This document shows, piece after piece, positions 10,398 to 20,377 of a stretch of 64,000 nt of DNA. Position numbers and translations under genes: made by a program. This stretch comes from Gammaproteobacteria bacterium (lineage in GTDB: Bacteria > Pseudomonadota > Gammaproteobacteria > UBA4575). Numbering within the stretch: the first letter of the stretch is position 1; every line of letters starts with the position of its first letter. The stretch spans positions 960,001 through 1,024,000 of the forward strand of contig CBDEUS010000002.1 in the NCBI GenBank assembly GCA_965243395.1, read 5' to 3'. The notes under the pieces are model-generated. The model was not told the origin of the DNA. It did not search any database and was given only the letters and a program-made list of their open reading frames with translations.

Positions 10398-11663
10398 TTA
10401 ATTAATACAACTTCTTTTAATTCCGTATCTACCAATACAATAAAATATAAAAAACATAATAAATAAAGCAATAGATAAAATTAAATGTATATAAAGCGTG
10501 TTGTGACCATATAAATACATTAAAACAGCTAAAATAAATAACAGTACAAAAATTAGTATCATCGAAATTAAACGTAACACCAAGTCAAATGAGGTATGTA
10601 AAGCTTGATAAAAACCTAAAAAAAGTGACGCACACTGACTAATGGCAATAATAATCATATATAGCATTAGACCTGAATATGAATCTGGCAGTATAAATTC
10701 TGTTATATATGCGTAGATAATAGTTAAAAATAGAATACCTAGTCCATACACTCTTAAGCTTTTTGACGCTTCTGTAATTCTATTTTGTAATTCAAAATAA
10801 TCACCATTTGCTAATAATTTTAAAACTATAGGTGTATTTTGAGCTATTATTGCAGATCGTGCAGCTTGAAAGGGTACGATAACTTTAAGTGATATTGCTA
10901 ATACTGCTGCTTCTTTAAGTTCGCCCAAACTTCGCAAAAATGGAATTATTCCGCTCTGAAATAAGGACACAAGCAAAGTCAATATAACGTATGACAAATG
11001 ATCATAATGTGTACTGATTACGTCACGTGCTTTAATCTCTGTATCTTCGAATTTAAATTTTTTACTACTAGTACCCTTAAATTCTAATTTAATTAGTATG
11101 AACGATAATGTGCTAGACAGAATTAGGGACATCGTAACTAATATCAAAACTAAATTAAGATTTAATGGAAAAATTATATAGAGAATAATCGTAGATAAAT
11201 GTGGTAGAACACCTCCTACAAAAATTGACCATCTCTGAATCTCAATACTTTTTAGTACTGTTTCTCCAAAACGTAGTAGAGATGTTAAGAGTGAGATCAA
11301 CATTACGAATATAATTTCGTAATTCAATAAATTTGTCAGCTTTAAAAATAAACCTAAGGCAAGCATGAAAATGCATGAAATTAGTATTATTTTTGTATAG
11401 TGCCATATCAAGAATTTTTTATGCCCTTTGCTTTGTAAACGAGGAATATTCCTCATACTAAGACCAGGACACCCTAACCCTAAAATAACAGCTATAATCG
11501 AAGCTAATGCGAGAACGGATGCATAAATTCCAAATTGACTGACACTTAATTTATTAGCAAGAATAATTATATTCAAATATGCTAGCAATATGCCCAATAT
11601 GCGGAGCGAAAAAATCTGAAAACTTAAGTCAAAATAACTTAGTACTTGTTTTGAAAAACTCAC
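10398..11663 (-). CDS. Putative oligosaccharide flippase (Wzx/MOP-like polytopic membrane protein)
   Basis: Many hydrophobic segments, N-terminal LANKLSVSQFGIYA typical of Wzx-like proteins, last gene of a glycan cluster. Confidence 0.65.
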   Translation of the reverse strand: MSFSKQVLSYFDLSFQIFSLRILGILLAYLNIIILANKLSVSQFGIYASVLALASIIAVILGLGCPGLSMRNIPRLQSKGHKKFLIWHYTKIILISCIFMLALGLFLKLTNLLNYEIIFVMLISLLTSLLRFGETVLKSIEIQRWSIFVGGVLPHLSTIILYIIFPLNLNLVLILVTMSLILSSTLSFILIKLEFKGTSSKKFKFEDTEIKARDVISTHYDHLSYVILTLLVSLFQSGIIPFLRSLGELKEAAVLAISLKVIVPFQAARSAIIAQNTPIVLKLLANGDYFELQNRITEASKSLRVYGLGILFLTIIYAYITEFILPDSYSGLMLYMIIIAISQCASLFLGFYQALHTSFDLVLRLISMILIFVLLFILAVLMYLYGHNTLYIHLILSIALFIMFFIFYCIGRYGIKRSCIN

Positions 11664-13048
11664 ACAGATACTTCTATTCCATATTCAGTTGAATTTATAT
11701 TATATGTAGCACAAAGAACTTCATCCAAATTTTGATTATTTTTATTGATGTAATCCTCTACCAGAGCATCAACTTCAGATTTTGTAAATCCTTCATCACT
11801 TCCATAAAAATTATCTGTAACATATTCAGAATTTTTGTTTTTTAATATACCTAGATTTTGTAAATTAAACAGCGCATTAGCCAATAACTGTTTAAGATAG
11901 AATATATTAATTGTTTTTGTAACTCTTGCTTTATCTCTAAGTAAGTTTGACCATCCACCCTCATTTCTTTCGAGTATATGGCATAGCGCATAATAGGTTC
12001 TAGGTATGGACAATCCCAGATGAGTTGAAAACAGATCTCGCATGCCTATTTCAACTTGCTCCGTTTGCTGAATGAAAGTGTTATTTTGAATTGCATCAAA
12101 ATTATTAATAAACTTATCAGGTTTTACAAAGTTATAATACTTATAATGTTCACGCCAGTGGCCAGTATAATCATCCAATAAATCTAGGCAATAAACTCTT
12201 TTGCCCGCTAAAACACTTTCAAAAAAGGATGTTGAGAGAAACTGTGCAATGACATCTGTACCCGCAATTATTTTTGAGAAGGGTTCGTGTTGACTAATTT
12301 GGATATTATTTAACTCCAAAAGTTTAGAGTAAGCCTCTATGGGTTCGCCAGGATGTAGTCTTACAATAATATTACAAGATGGGTGATTCTTAGCAATCGT
12401 TTCAATAACATTATAGAATTTATTAAAAGCTTTAGAATAAAATTCCCTTAAGTTATATTTTTTATCATATTTATATACTTTAAGTATTTTTTGGTACTCA
12501 GTATCTTGTATATTTGCAAGTGTAAAATCAGAGACAAAAACAATTTTATTTTTTTTATCCTCTGAAGAGCTAATTGGAGATTCTTTAGTACGATTCAGTA
12601 AATCAAATTTCGGGCATCCAGTTATATATATGCGATTGGGATTAATTTTAGCTTTCTTAACTAACAGCTCTGCCAGCTTTTTACCCCATACAATGTGAAA
12701 ATCTACATCTCTGTTATATTCACTTAGTGCATTTAAATTTAACTTCTCGTTATAAAATCTCTTATCAAATAGTTGTTCACTATGCCACTTTACAAGCTTG
12801 GCATTACTAAAATACTTCCAGGCTAAGGTGTAGTGTGTCCTATTGCTATTATAAGATGGTGTAACAAGTATATTAGATTTTTTTTTAATTGTTTTAACAA
12901 ACTCAGTTCGACCATTAAGCCAAATAGGGTCTTGATATGTGGGGTGTAAATCTATTCCACCATTCTTCTCAAATAAAGATTTCAGTATTACTATATATGG
13001 TAATTCTCGAAGTTTAGTATCAATTTGTATAGTAATATTCTTTTTCAT
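11660..13048 (-). CDS. Surface carbohydrate biosynthesis protein, putative GT-B nonulosonate transferase
   Basis: TKLRE N-terminal motif, VWG, TGCPKFD, RLHPGE; follows pseI; overlaps the flippase gene by 4 nt. Confidence 0.5.
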   Translation of the reverse strand: MKKNITIQIDTKLRELPYIVILKSLFEKNGGIDLHPTYQDPIWLNGRTEFVKTIKKKSNILVTPSYNSNRTHYTLAWKYFSNAKLVKWHSEQLFDKRFYNEKLNLNALSEYNRDVDFHIVWGKKLAELLVKKAKINPNRIYITGCPKFDLLNRTKESPISSSEDKKNKIVFVSDFTLANIQDTEYQKILKVYKYDKKYNLREFYSKAFNKFYNVIETIAKNHPSCNIIVRLHPGEPIEAYSKLLELNNIQISQHEPFSKIIAGTDVIAQFLSTSFFESVLAGKRVYCLDLLDDYTGHWREHYKYYNFVKPDKFINNFDAIQNNTFIQQTEQVEIGMRDLFSTHLGLSIPRTYYALCHILERNEGGWSNLLRDKARVTKTINIFYLKQLLANALFNLQNLGILKNKNSEYVTDNFYGSDEGFTKSEVDALVEDYINKNNQNLDEVLCATYNINSTEYGIEVSV

Positions 13049-13161
13049 TAAATCTTTACAATATTTTATTCAGTCCGAATAAGCTTTTCTGATAATTTTT
13101 CAGAAGAATCTTTTTAAGTTTAGTAGACCAAAATAGTTTAGTCGCATTGACAAATAATCAA

Positions 13162-14229
13162 TTACTGATCATTTGTTATGTATGAAAGATTCATCGGTGT
13201 TCCCATTTTTAGATCACAATTTACTTTTTTCCCTATTAGCTCATTATAATACTTAGGCTCAAGTCCATACCCAGGGCGAATACATCTCATGTTCTCAGTG
13301 GTTAATATATTTCCTTTATTAATATTCTTTACGATGTAAATCGATCTTCTAAATTTCAAGGAATCCCTTTCAGAAGGTATTGGACCATATTTAACTCTTC
13401 CTAATGATTTATAACAACTATAGATCTCTTTGCATAAATTCTTGAAATTAACTTCATTAGCAGAGAATTCACTATCTACACTTTTTTCCGTTGTCGATAA
13501 ACTCAAGTGTTTTTCAATAACAACGGCCCCTAATGCAATACTCGCTACTGCAGCAGTTGTTCCAATTGTATGATCAGAATATCCTACCCAACACTTATAT
13601 TTATTCTTTAAGTCATTTATTGTTACCAGGTTCAAATCAATGTTTTCAGCAGGATATTTGCTGGTACATTTAAGTAATATTAAATCTTTGCATCCATTAT
13701 CTCTTGCACATTCAACAGCATCATTAACTTCATTTTCTTTTGCTAGACCTGTAGAAATAAATAATGGTTTTTGTGTCTTGGCAGCTCTACCTATTAAGGG
13801 TAAGTCTATATTTTCAAATGAAGCTATTTTATAGCAAGGCACATCCAAATTTTCTAAAAACTCAACAGCAGTCTCATCAAAAGGGCTGCTAAATGCTACT
13901 AATCCGAGTTCTTTTGCATAATCAAAAATCTCTTTATGCCATTCCCATGGAGTATATGCTTTGCTATATAAATCATATAAGTATTCTCCATGCCATAAAC
14001 TATCCTGAGAAGTAATTTTGAAATCATTTGTTTCAATTTTTAATGTCATTGTATCAGGGGTATAGGTTTGTAGTTTTATAGCTGATGCCCCTGATTCAGC
14101 AGCAGCTTCTACTATTTTCAATGCAACATCTAATGACTGATTGTGATTACCAGACATCTCAGCAACCACAAATGGTGGATGATTATCACTAATCACTTCA
14201 TCTAAAATTTTAATTGGTTCAACTTTCAC
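13162..14229 (-). CDS. pseI: Pseudaminic acid synthase
   Basis: AEMSGNHNQSL, KLQTYTPDTMT, TPWEWH, SDHT, IEKH, C-terminal SAF domain RPGYGL. Confidence 0.92.
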   Translation of the reverse strand: MKVEPIKILDEVISDNHPPFVVAEMSGNHNQSLDVALKIVEAAAESGASAIKLQTYTPDTMTLKIETNDFKITSQDSLWHGEYLYDLYSKAYTPWEWHKEIFDYAKELGLVAFSSPFDETAVEFLENLDVPCYKIASFENIDLPLIGRAAKTQKPLFISTGLAKENEVNDAVECARDNGCKDLILLKCTSKYPAENIDLNLVTINDLKNKYKCWVGYSDHTIGTTAAVASIALGAVVIEKHLSLSTTEKSVDSEFSANEVNFKNLCKEIYSCYKSLGRVKYGPIPSERDSLKFRRSIYIVKNINKGNILTTENMRCIRPGYGLEPKYYNELIGKKVNCDLKMGTPMNLSYITNDQ

Positions 14230-14359
14230 TGTACTTTCTTTAATAAAGATAATATAAATTTAATGAAATAATTAATTGTTTTATATGCGTTAAAATATTC
14301 TTAAAAATCAAATCAGCTTATTTCAAAAAATTAACTATTACTACACATATTAATATTAT

Positions 14360-15001
14360 TTACTTTTCTTTATAAATATTTATGTAATATTTTTTTCCAC
14401 GACAATAAAAATATGCTGGATAACGTTCATTATCAACAACACGCAATAAATCAAATTGTTCCGATATACTTTTATCAGGATTCAATTTACTATCTTCAGG
14501 TACTCGCCGACGATAATAATTGCCTTTTTTGTCAATTTGTTTCTGCGGCTTTATTTTTCCAAATTCATTAACTGCTTTCGTCATTAATTCAAGCTCGCAA
14601 GTAAATAATTTTTGATTGATCTCTGGTAATAATTCATGTCCTTTCAGAACAAATCTCTCTTTTGACCATACTCTACCTTTGTCTATTTCGTCAGATGCTT
14701 CAATTAAAGAGACTGTTATTTCATTACTTCCCGAGATTACTTGCCAGATATGAGGAGACCAGCCTCTACCATCGGGTAAATCGCTTGCATGTAATAGCAA
14801 TGTGGCTTCAAATTTCTCTCTGTCTTTTTTTAAAAGGATCTCATAACAGGATACTAAAAATAGAATACTACCTTCGTCTAATTGCTCTTTTTTTCTTGCA
14901 ATTTGAACATCATGCCCATTTTCAGACATTATGTTCTTCCATTTTATTAACTCCTTATTTACAGGATGATTAGGGTCTGTACACAGGATTCGTATCTTCA
15001 T
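14360..15001 (-). CDS. Sugar N-formyltransferase-like protein (Fmt family)
   Basis: HASDLPDGRGWSP matches the formyltransferase HxSxLP motif; ATG at 15001 just after the pseG stop. Confidence 0.8.
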   Translation of the reverse strand: MKIRILCTDPNHPVNKELIKWKNIMSENGHDVQIARKKEQLDEGSILFLVSCYEILLKKDREKFEATLLLHASDLPDGRGWSPHIWQVISGSNEITVSLIEASDEIDKGRVWSKERFVLKGHELLPEINQKLFTCELELMTKAVNEFGKIKPQKQIDKKGNYYRRRVPEDSKLNPDKSISEQFDLLRVVDNERYPAYFYCRGKKYYINIYKEK

Positions 15002-15005
15002 TACA

Positions 15006-16109
15006 TTACATCTGCATTGATTCAAGTACACGTTTATTGCCACTTCCATCAACTAATGAAAGCGCGGCATTTGACATTTTTTGTAACATTGTAAGATCCG
15101 ATAAAAATTTATTCAGAACCGTTGAAATAGAATAACTGCTAGTATTATTGTGATCTCCCAAATATATCGCTGCATGATATTTATGTAGAGATTTTGCAAT
15201 TAATTTCTGGTTTTCAGCCAAAGTGATTAGTAACGATGGAAGGCCGACACAGCATCTCTCCCAACTTGAAGTTCCAGCAGCACCAATGCATAAATCACTT
15301 TCTGCCATAAGAAGAGCCATATCCTCAATGTTTATTAAAACTTCCGTTTTCCATCTCATCTTTGCCGCCTGCTGTTTCACAGCACCAACCCATGGCGAGT
15401 GAATACCCATGACAATTACTATTTTGCAATCTCGTGACAAGTTACTATTCTGTATATTGTTTAGTATACATTCTGTTATATTATCCTTATCAACTCCACC
15501 TAAAGTAATCAGTAATTTTTCAAGTTTTGGAGTTTGTCTTCGTGAAATACTATTTTCCCTTTGTTCTGCAAACTCAGGACGTAATAAAGCATATTGTGAT
15601 CCAATTAAACGAGTACACTTAGTTGGCGTTAGATTTTTATAATCATCTTTCGATCGTCCTAAATTTTGATCAAGCAGCAATTCGCAGTCATGGTTTCGAT
15701 TTGCTAAATCGTCGATTACCATAATTCGTTTGCAGTGTGGACGAAGAGCTTGTTCCCATGTCTTATCCAAAGCGTAATGATCGACAATAATCCAACTCAC
15801 AGGGCTTTCTGAAATTTTTTTTAAAATTTTCAGTGTTTCACTTGCATCAGAGTGTATGTCTGCACCTAACCATTGCTGATAATCAAATGGTTCAAATTTT
15901 GCGTTACGTGTTATTTGTTTTGGTATGGGTAAATCATGTGTTTCGTATCCTCTTTGCTTAATATAGTCCACCATATTTCCTTCATGAAGACGGCATATGA
16001 AACAGCAGGAAGCTCCATTTTCACTCAAAGTATCGGCTAATGTGAGACAACGCATTATGTGACCACTTCCTATGTGGATAGAAGCATCACATCGGAAAAC
16101 AACTAACAT
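15006..16109 (-). CDS. pseG: UDP-2,4-diacetamido-2,4,6-trideoxy-beta-L-altropyranose hydrolase
   Basis: FRCDASIHIGSGHIMRCLTLA, IVDHY, VIDDLANR, GAAGTSSWERCC, AENQ. Confidence 0.92.
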   Translation of the reverse strand: MLVVFRCDASIHIGSGHIMRCLTLADTLSENGASCCFICRLHEGNMVDYIKQRGYETHDLPIPKQITRNAKFEPFDYQQWLGADIHSDASETLKILKKISESPVSWIIVDHYALDKTWEQALRPHCKRIMVIDDLANRNHDCELLLDQNLGRSKDDYKNLTPTKCTRLIGSQYALLRPEFAEQRENSISRRQTPKLEKLLITLGGVDKDNITECILNNIQNSNLSRDCKIVIVMGIHSPWVGAVKQQAAKMRWKTEVLINIEDMALLMAESDLCIGAAGTSSWERCCVGLPSLLITLAENQKLIAKSLHKYHAAIYLGDHNNTSSYSISTVLNKFLSDLTMLQKMSNAALSLVDGSGNKRVLESMQM

Positions 16110-16111
16110 TT

Positions 16112-16801
16112 TTATTGAGTCTCGCTAAATTTTTCTAAAAAAATTGCTTGTGCTTTTTGAAAATCCTCAAGGTTATCAATATCAATTTGGAAATTTTTAT
16201 GAACTTTTAGGCGATTACCATAAAAAGATTTTTCTGTTAAGAAGGCATCTCTTCGGGCCCAATAAAAACTACCATTACTTACAGTGAAATCAGGAAACTC
16301 TTGTGATTTTTTGGTTTGAAATTCAGGCCACATACTCTTCCAGTATGCGCCATCTTGAACTAAAGCTTTTGAAGGGGGGAAATTATATGATGATACTCCC
16401 ATTACAAAATCTGCAATTGGCTGCGTATTCATTAATTTGTAGGAAGACATAAGTTCTTCATTGTTAAGAAAAAGTGCAGTAGCATATATACAGCAAAATG
16501 TATCTATGCTCTCATACTCTTTGCTTGTAAGTATTTGAGTGCACACCTCAACGACTGATGAATGATCTTGGGCCAGTTCTATTGGTCGATCGAGGATCTG
16601 TACAGAGTATTTTGATATTGTCTCAGCAATCTCATGATCTTCGGTAGATACGATTATCTCACTGAAAAGATTGCTTTTTTCTGCAGCCTCTATTGGATAA
16701 GCAATCATAGGCTTACCCATTACAGGAAGTATGTTCTTCTTAGGTAATCTTTTTGAGCCACCCCTTGCAGGTATAATTGCAATTGGTTTTTTTTCTGTCA
16801 T
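16112..16801 (-). CDS. pseF: Nonulosonate (pseudaminic acid) cytidylyltransferase
   Basis: IIPARGGSKRLPKKN, GSFYW, DIDNLED; lies inside the pse cluster. Confidence 0.85.
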   Translation of the reverse strand: MTEKKPIAIIPARGGSKRLPKKNILPVMGKPMIAYPIEAAEKSNLFSEIIVSTEDHEIAETISKYSVQILDRPIELAQDHSSVVEVCTQILTSKEYESIDTFCCIYATALFLNNEELMSSYKLMNTQPIADFVMGVSSYNFPPSKALVQDGAYWKSMWPEFQTKKSQEFPDFTVSNGSFYWARRDAFLTEKSFYGNRLKVHKNFQIDIDNLEDFQKAQAIFLEKFSETQ

Positions 16802-16806
16802 TTTAG

Positions 16807-17868
16807 TTAGTTTATATCTTCTATGCGTAACATGTGCCCAGCTGGAAGATCTTTATTCAATTTTAACTTGCTAACGGTTTCAAATTGATCAGGTGTTATA
16901 CCAAATCCTGGTCGTCTGAATTCGATTTCACATTCCTCTAAGCTTTTCCCAGCAATTGAGTTGTTAACCAAAAAAGCACTGCGTCTTAATGCATCACGTT
17001 TAGACTTCTCTTCTGAATGTAGTATTCTATTGTGTGAACCTAATGCGATTTCAACTTCACGTATTGTCTGAATAAAGTCAGTCATTTCGTTTGGCTCTAT
17101 AGACATAATATGCTCTACACTGCGTGTTGTTCTGTCTTCTGTAATCGTTTTTTCTATAAGGTTCGCTCCTAATGCAACCGCAGCTATATCCATTTCAAAT
17201 CCTGGTGTATGGTCTGAGAATGCGACAGGATATGGAAACATTTTTTTTAATGTTGAAATGATATTTAGGTTAATGCTTTCAATTCTTGCGGGGTAACCTG
17301 ATGGGCATTGATGTATAATAATGTTTTCGTTACCTTCCTCACTAATCACATTAATAGCTTTCCCAATTTCATCTATAGAAGCCATTCCTGTGTCAAGCTG
17401 TATACACATTCCTGTTTTTGCTGCACGTCTAATTAGTGGGAAATGATTTACATCGGAAGATGCAATTTTTATAGAATGGCATTGTAAATCAACGAGAAAA
17501 TCTACTTCATCGTCAAATCCAATTGTAGCAAAAAACGCCATTCCCAAACTATCGCTATATTTTTTTACTTCTTTCCATTCTGTTTTTTCTAGGTAGCGCC
17601 TTTTTAAAATATCATAAAGCGGCTCCTCTATTGTTTCCGTTTCCCCAGATGATTTATCCTTTAGAACTTCATAAGAAAACAACTGCTCTTTATCTGAAAC
17701 TAGTCTGTCAGGATCTAGTATTTGAACTTTAACTGCATCTGCTCCTGCTTGCGCAGCATGCTTTATTAGTCTCTTAGCAGAATCAATACCACAATGCGTT
17801 GGGCCGATTTCAAAAGTTATGAAACAAGGAGCGCCATCACCTATTTGTTTTGATCCTATGTGAAACAT
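16807..17868 (-). CDS. Second, divergent NeuB-family nonulosonate synthase
   Basis: GADAVKVQ, KIASSD, SDHT and a SAF domain, but EIGPTH and IEKT replace the usual motifs. Confidence 0.8.
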   Translation of the reverse strand: MFHIGSKQIGDGAPCFITFEIGPTHCGIDSAKRLIKHAAQAGADAVKVQILDPDRLVSDKEQLFSYEVLKDKSSGETETIEEPLYDILKRRYLEKTEWKEVKKYSDSLGMAFFATIGFDDEVDFLVDLQCHSIKIASSDVNHFPLIRRAAKTGMCIQLDTGMASIDEIGKAINVISEEGNENIIIHQCPSGYPARIESINLNIISTLKKMFPYPVAFSDHTPGFEMDIAAVALGANLIEKTITEDRTTRSVEHIMSIEPNEMTDFIQTIREVEIALGSHNRILHSEEKSKRDALRRSAFLVNNSIAGKSLEECEIEFRRPGFGITPDQFETVSKLKLNKDLPAGHMLRIEDIN

Positions 17869-17877
17869 TCTCTTATA

Positions 17878-19044
17878 TTATTTAATTGAGCGAGTAATGG
17901 CTTCAATCACTTGGTCTTGAGTTTCTTCTTTTAAGCCAGGAAAAATCGGGATGCTTATTGCTTCTTGATAGTATCGTTCTGCTTCAACAAAATCACCAAC
18001 CTTAAACCCCATTTTCATATAATAGGGTTGTGTATGTACAGGAATGTAATGCAAGTTCACGCCGATTCCTTTCTCTTTTAAATTTTCAAATATTTCCCGA
18101 TGTGATTTATTAATTTGATCTAATTTCAAACGAACTATATATAAATGTCGGCTAGAATGACTGTCGGGATGTTGCCATGGAATTGTTATTGGCAAGTCTA
18201 CGAGTAGGTTATCGTAGCGTTCTGCAATTTTACGTCTAGTTTTAACAAATTCATCAATGCGCTGCATTTGACTTATGCCTAACGCGGCTTGTATATCTGT
18301 CATACGGTAGTTAAACCCTAAATCTATTTGCTGATAATACCAACCACCATCAGGTTTATGCGTCATTAGCTTAGGATCTCGGGTAATGCCATGATTACGT
18401 AGCAAAGCTAGTTTATTTGCCAGCGATTGGCAATTTGTTAAGGCCATTCCGCCTTCTGCAGTCGTGATAATTTTAACTGGATGAAAGCTGAAAACTGTAA
18501 TGTCACTAAAACGACAGTTTCCAATTGGCTCATTTTTATATTTTCCACCAATTGCGTGCGAAGCATCTTCAATGATGCTGAATCCGTATTCTTTGCTAAG
18601 TTGATGTATTTTTTCCATTTCACATGACTGGCCACTGAAATGAATAGGAATGACGATTTTAGGAAGTTTGCCAGTTTTTTTAGCAGCAGAAAGTTTTTTT
18701 TCGAGGTGATTTACACTGATATTATATGTGCGTGGATCAATATCTATAAAGTCAACGGTTGCTCCACAGAATAAAGCACAGTTTGCGCTTGCAACAAAAG
18801 TAATTGGACTTGTCCAAACAAGATCACCCTCGCTAGCGCCTAATGCAAGGCAAGCGATATGCAATGCAGAAGTTGCACTGTTCACTGCAACTGCATACTT
18901 ACTGCCACAATAGTCATTAACTGACTGCTCGAATGCTGGTACGGTCGGTCCTTGTGTTAGATAGTCAGATTTCAGGACATCAACAACAGCTTGAATATCA
19001 TCATCGCTGATAGACTGGCGGCCGTAAGGGATAAAGCTCATCAA
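17878..19044 (-). CDS. pseC: UDP-4-amino-4,6-dideoxy-N-acetyl-beta-L-altrosamine transaminase
   Basis: IPYGRQSI, LTQGP, NSATSALH, EDASHA, FSFHPVKIITTAEGG. Confidence 0.94.
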   Translation of the reverse strand: MMSFIPYGRQSISDDDIQAVVDVLKSDYLTQGPTVPAFEQSVNDYCGSKYAVAVNSATSALHIACLALGASEGDLVWTSPITFVASANCALFCGATVDFIDIDPRTYNISVNHLEKKLSAAKKTGKLPKIVIPIHFSGQSCEMEKIHQLSKEYGFSIIEDASHAIGGKYKNEPIGNCRFSDITVFSFHPVKIITTAEGGMALTNCQSLANKLALLRNHGITRDPKLMTHKPDGGWYYQQIDLGFNYRMTDIQAALGISQMQRIDEFVKTRRKIAERYDNLLVDLPITIPWQHPDSHSSRHLYIVRLKLDQINKSHREIFENLKEKGIGVNLHYIPVHTQPYYMKMGFKVGDFVEAERYYQEAISIPIFPGLKEETQDQVIEAITRSIK

Positions 19045-20039
19045 ATATTTCCGATTTTAGCTTTATTGATTTTTATCCATTTGCGTAATGTTTCGATACT
19101 CATCCAATCATCATTGGTATCACTAGCATATCTAAAGCTATCAGCAACCTGGATTCCATCTTTAATTCGCTTTGTATCTTGACTCCAATTATTAATGTTA
19201 GGAAGTATTTTAAAGTAGTTTGGGTATTCATAAGTATAGTTAGAATCTTCCGAGCTTATCATTTGTTCATGTAGTTTTTCACCAGGACGAATACCAACAA
19301 TATTATGTTTAGCATTTGGTGCTATAGCGAGTGCAATATCAGTTAGTTTCATGGATGGAATCTTCTTTATATAAATTTCGCCACCTTCCATATCCTCGAA
19401 TGAGTGCCATACTAATTCTACACTCTCTTCCAAGGTAATCATGAAACGTGTCATACGATCGTCAGTTATTGGTAAAGTACCAGCCTCAGCAATTGAGAGA
19501 AATAAAGGTATTACAGAACCACGCGAACCCATAACATTTCCATAACGGACAACAGAAAACTTTGTTTCTTTACCACCTGCATATGAATTCCCTGCAACAA
19601 ATACTTTGTCAGAAGCAAGTTTAGTAGCACCATAAAGGTTAACAGGACTGCTTGCTTTGTCTGTTGATAATGCAACCACACGCTTTACACCCTGATCGAT
19701 ACATGCATCAATAAGGTTCATTGCACCATTGATGTTGGTTTTGATGCATTCAAACGGATTATATTCAGCAATTGGTACAATTTTAGTTGCAGCAGCATGT
19801 ACTACATAATCAACCCCATCAAGGGCGCGATAAAGACGTTCTTTATCACGAACATCACCAATAAAAAAACGTATGCGATCCTCTCCTTGGAAATTTTTTG
19901 CCATTTCCCATTGCTTCATCTCATCCCTCGAGTAAATAATAATTTTCTTGGGATTGTATTTAGCAAGAGTCATTGGGGTGAACGTATGACCAAATGATCC
20001 AGTACCGCCTGTTACTAAAATTGTTGAGTTTGTTAACAT
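19041..20039 (-). CDS. pseB: UDP-N-acetylglucosamine 4,6-dehydratase (inverting)
   Basis: TGGTGSFG, SRDEMKQ, ALSTDKA, YGATK, RYGNVMGSRGSV, GIRPGEKLHE. Confidence 0.95.
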   Translation of the reverse strand: MLTNSTILVTGGTGSFGHTFTPMTLAKYNPKKIIIYSRDEMKQWEMAKNFQGEDRIRFFIGDVRDKERLYRALDGVDYVVHAAATKIVPIAEYNPFECIKTNINGAMNLIDACIDQGVKRVVALSTDKASSPVNLYGATKLASDKVFVAGNSYAGGKETKFSVVRYGNVMGSRGSVIPLFLSIAEAGTLPITDDRMTRFMITLEESVELVWHSFEDMEGGEIYIKKIPSMKLTDIALAIAPNAKHNIVGIRPGEKLHEQMISSEDSNYTYEYPNYFKILPNINNWSQDTKRIKDGIQVADSFRYASDTNDDWMSIETLRKWIKINKAKIGNI

Positions 20040-20377
20040 GTTATATAAATTCAGCCTATATTGATAAAAATTTAATTTGATTAAAAATGTAATTCTGAGC
20101 TATTGATTTTTAACAAAATAAAAATTTTGAGTTAGTTTCATTTAAAGTAGGGTAGACTTTTGGAGTAAATATATCATCCAAGAAATTCAAACTATTTATT
20201 AGTATAGGTTATATTATTTTGAGAAAAAGTCTTACGAAGAAGGTTATGAAAGGCAATATATGGCTGACTAGAAATTATAGGCTTGCAAATTTGGCAGCAT
20301 TTTCTATATATAAATATACTCAACATTTCTTAAAAATTTTTAGATTGCGAGCAAGTCAGTTAGCGAGTATTAGGTTA

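Noticed and set aside
20040-20377. JUMPstart/ops element or IS remnant in AT-rich gaps of the glycan island
   Set aside because: No GGCGGTAG-type ops motif, terminal repeats or transposase fragment recognised
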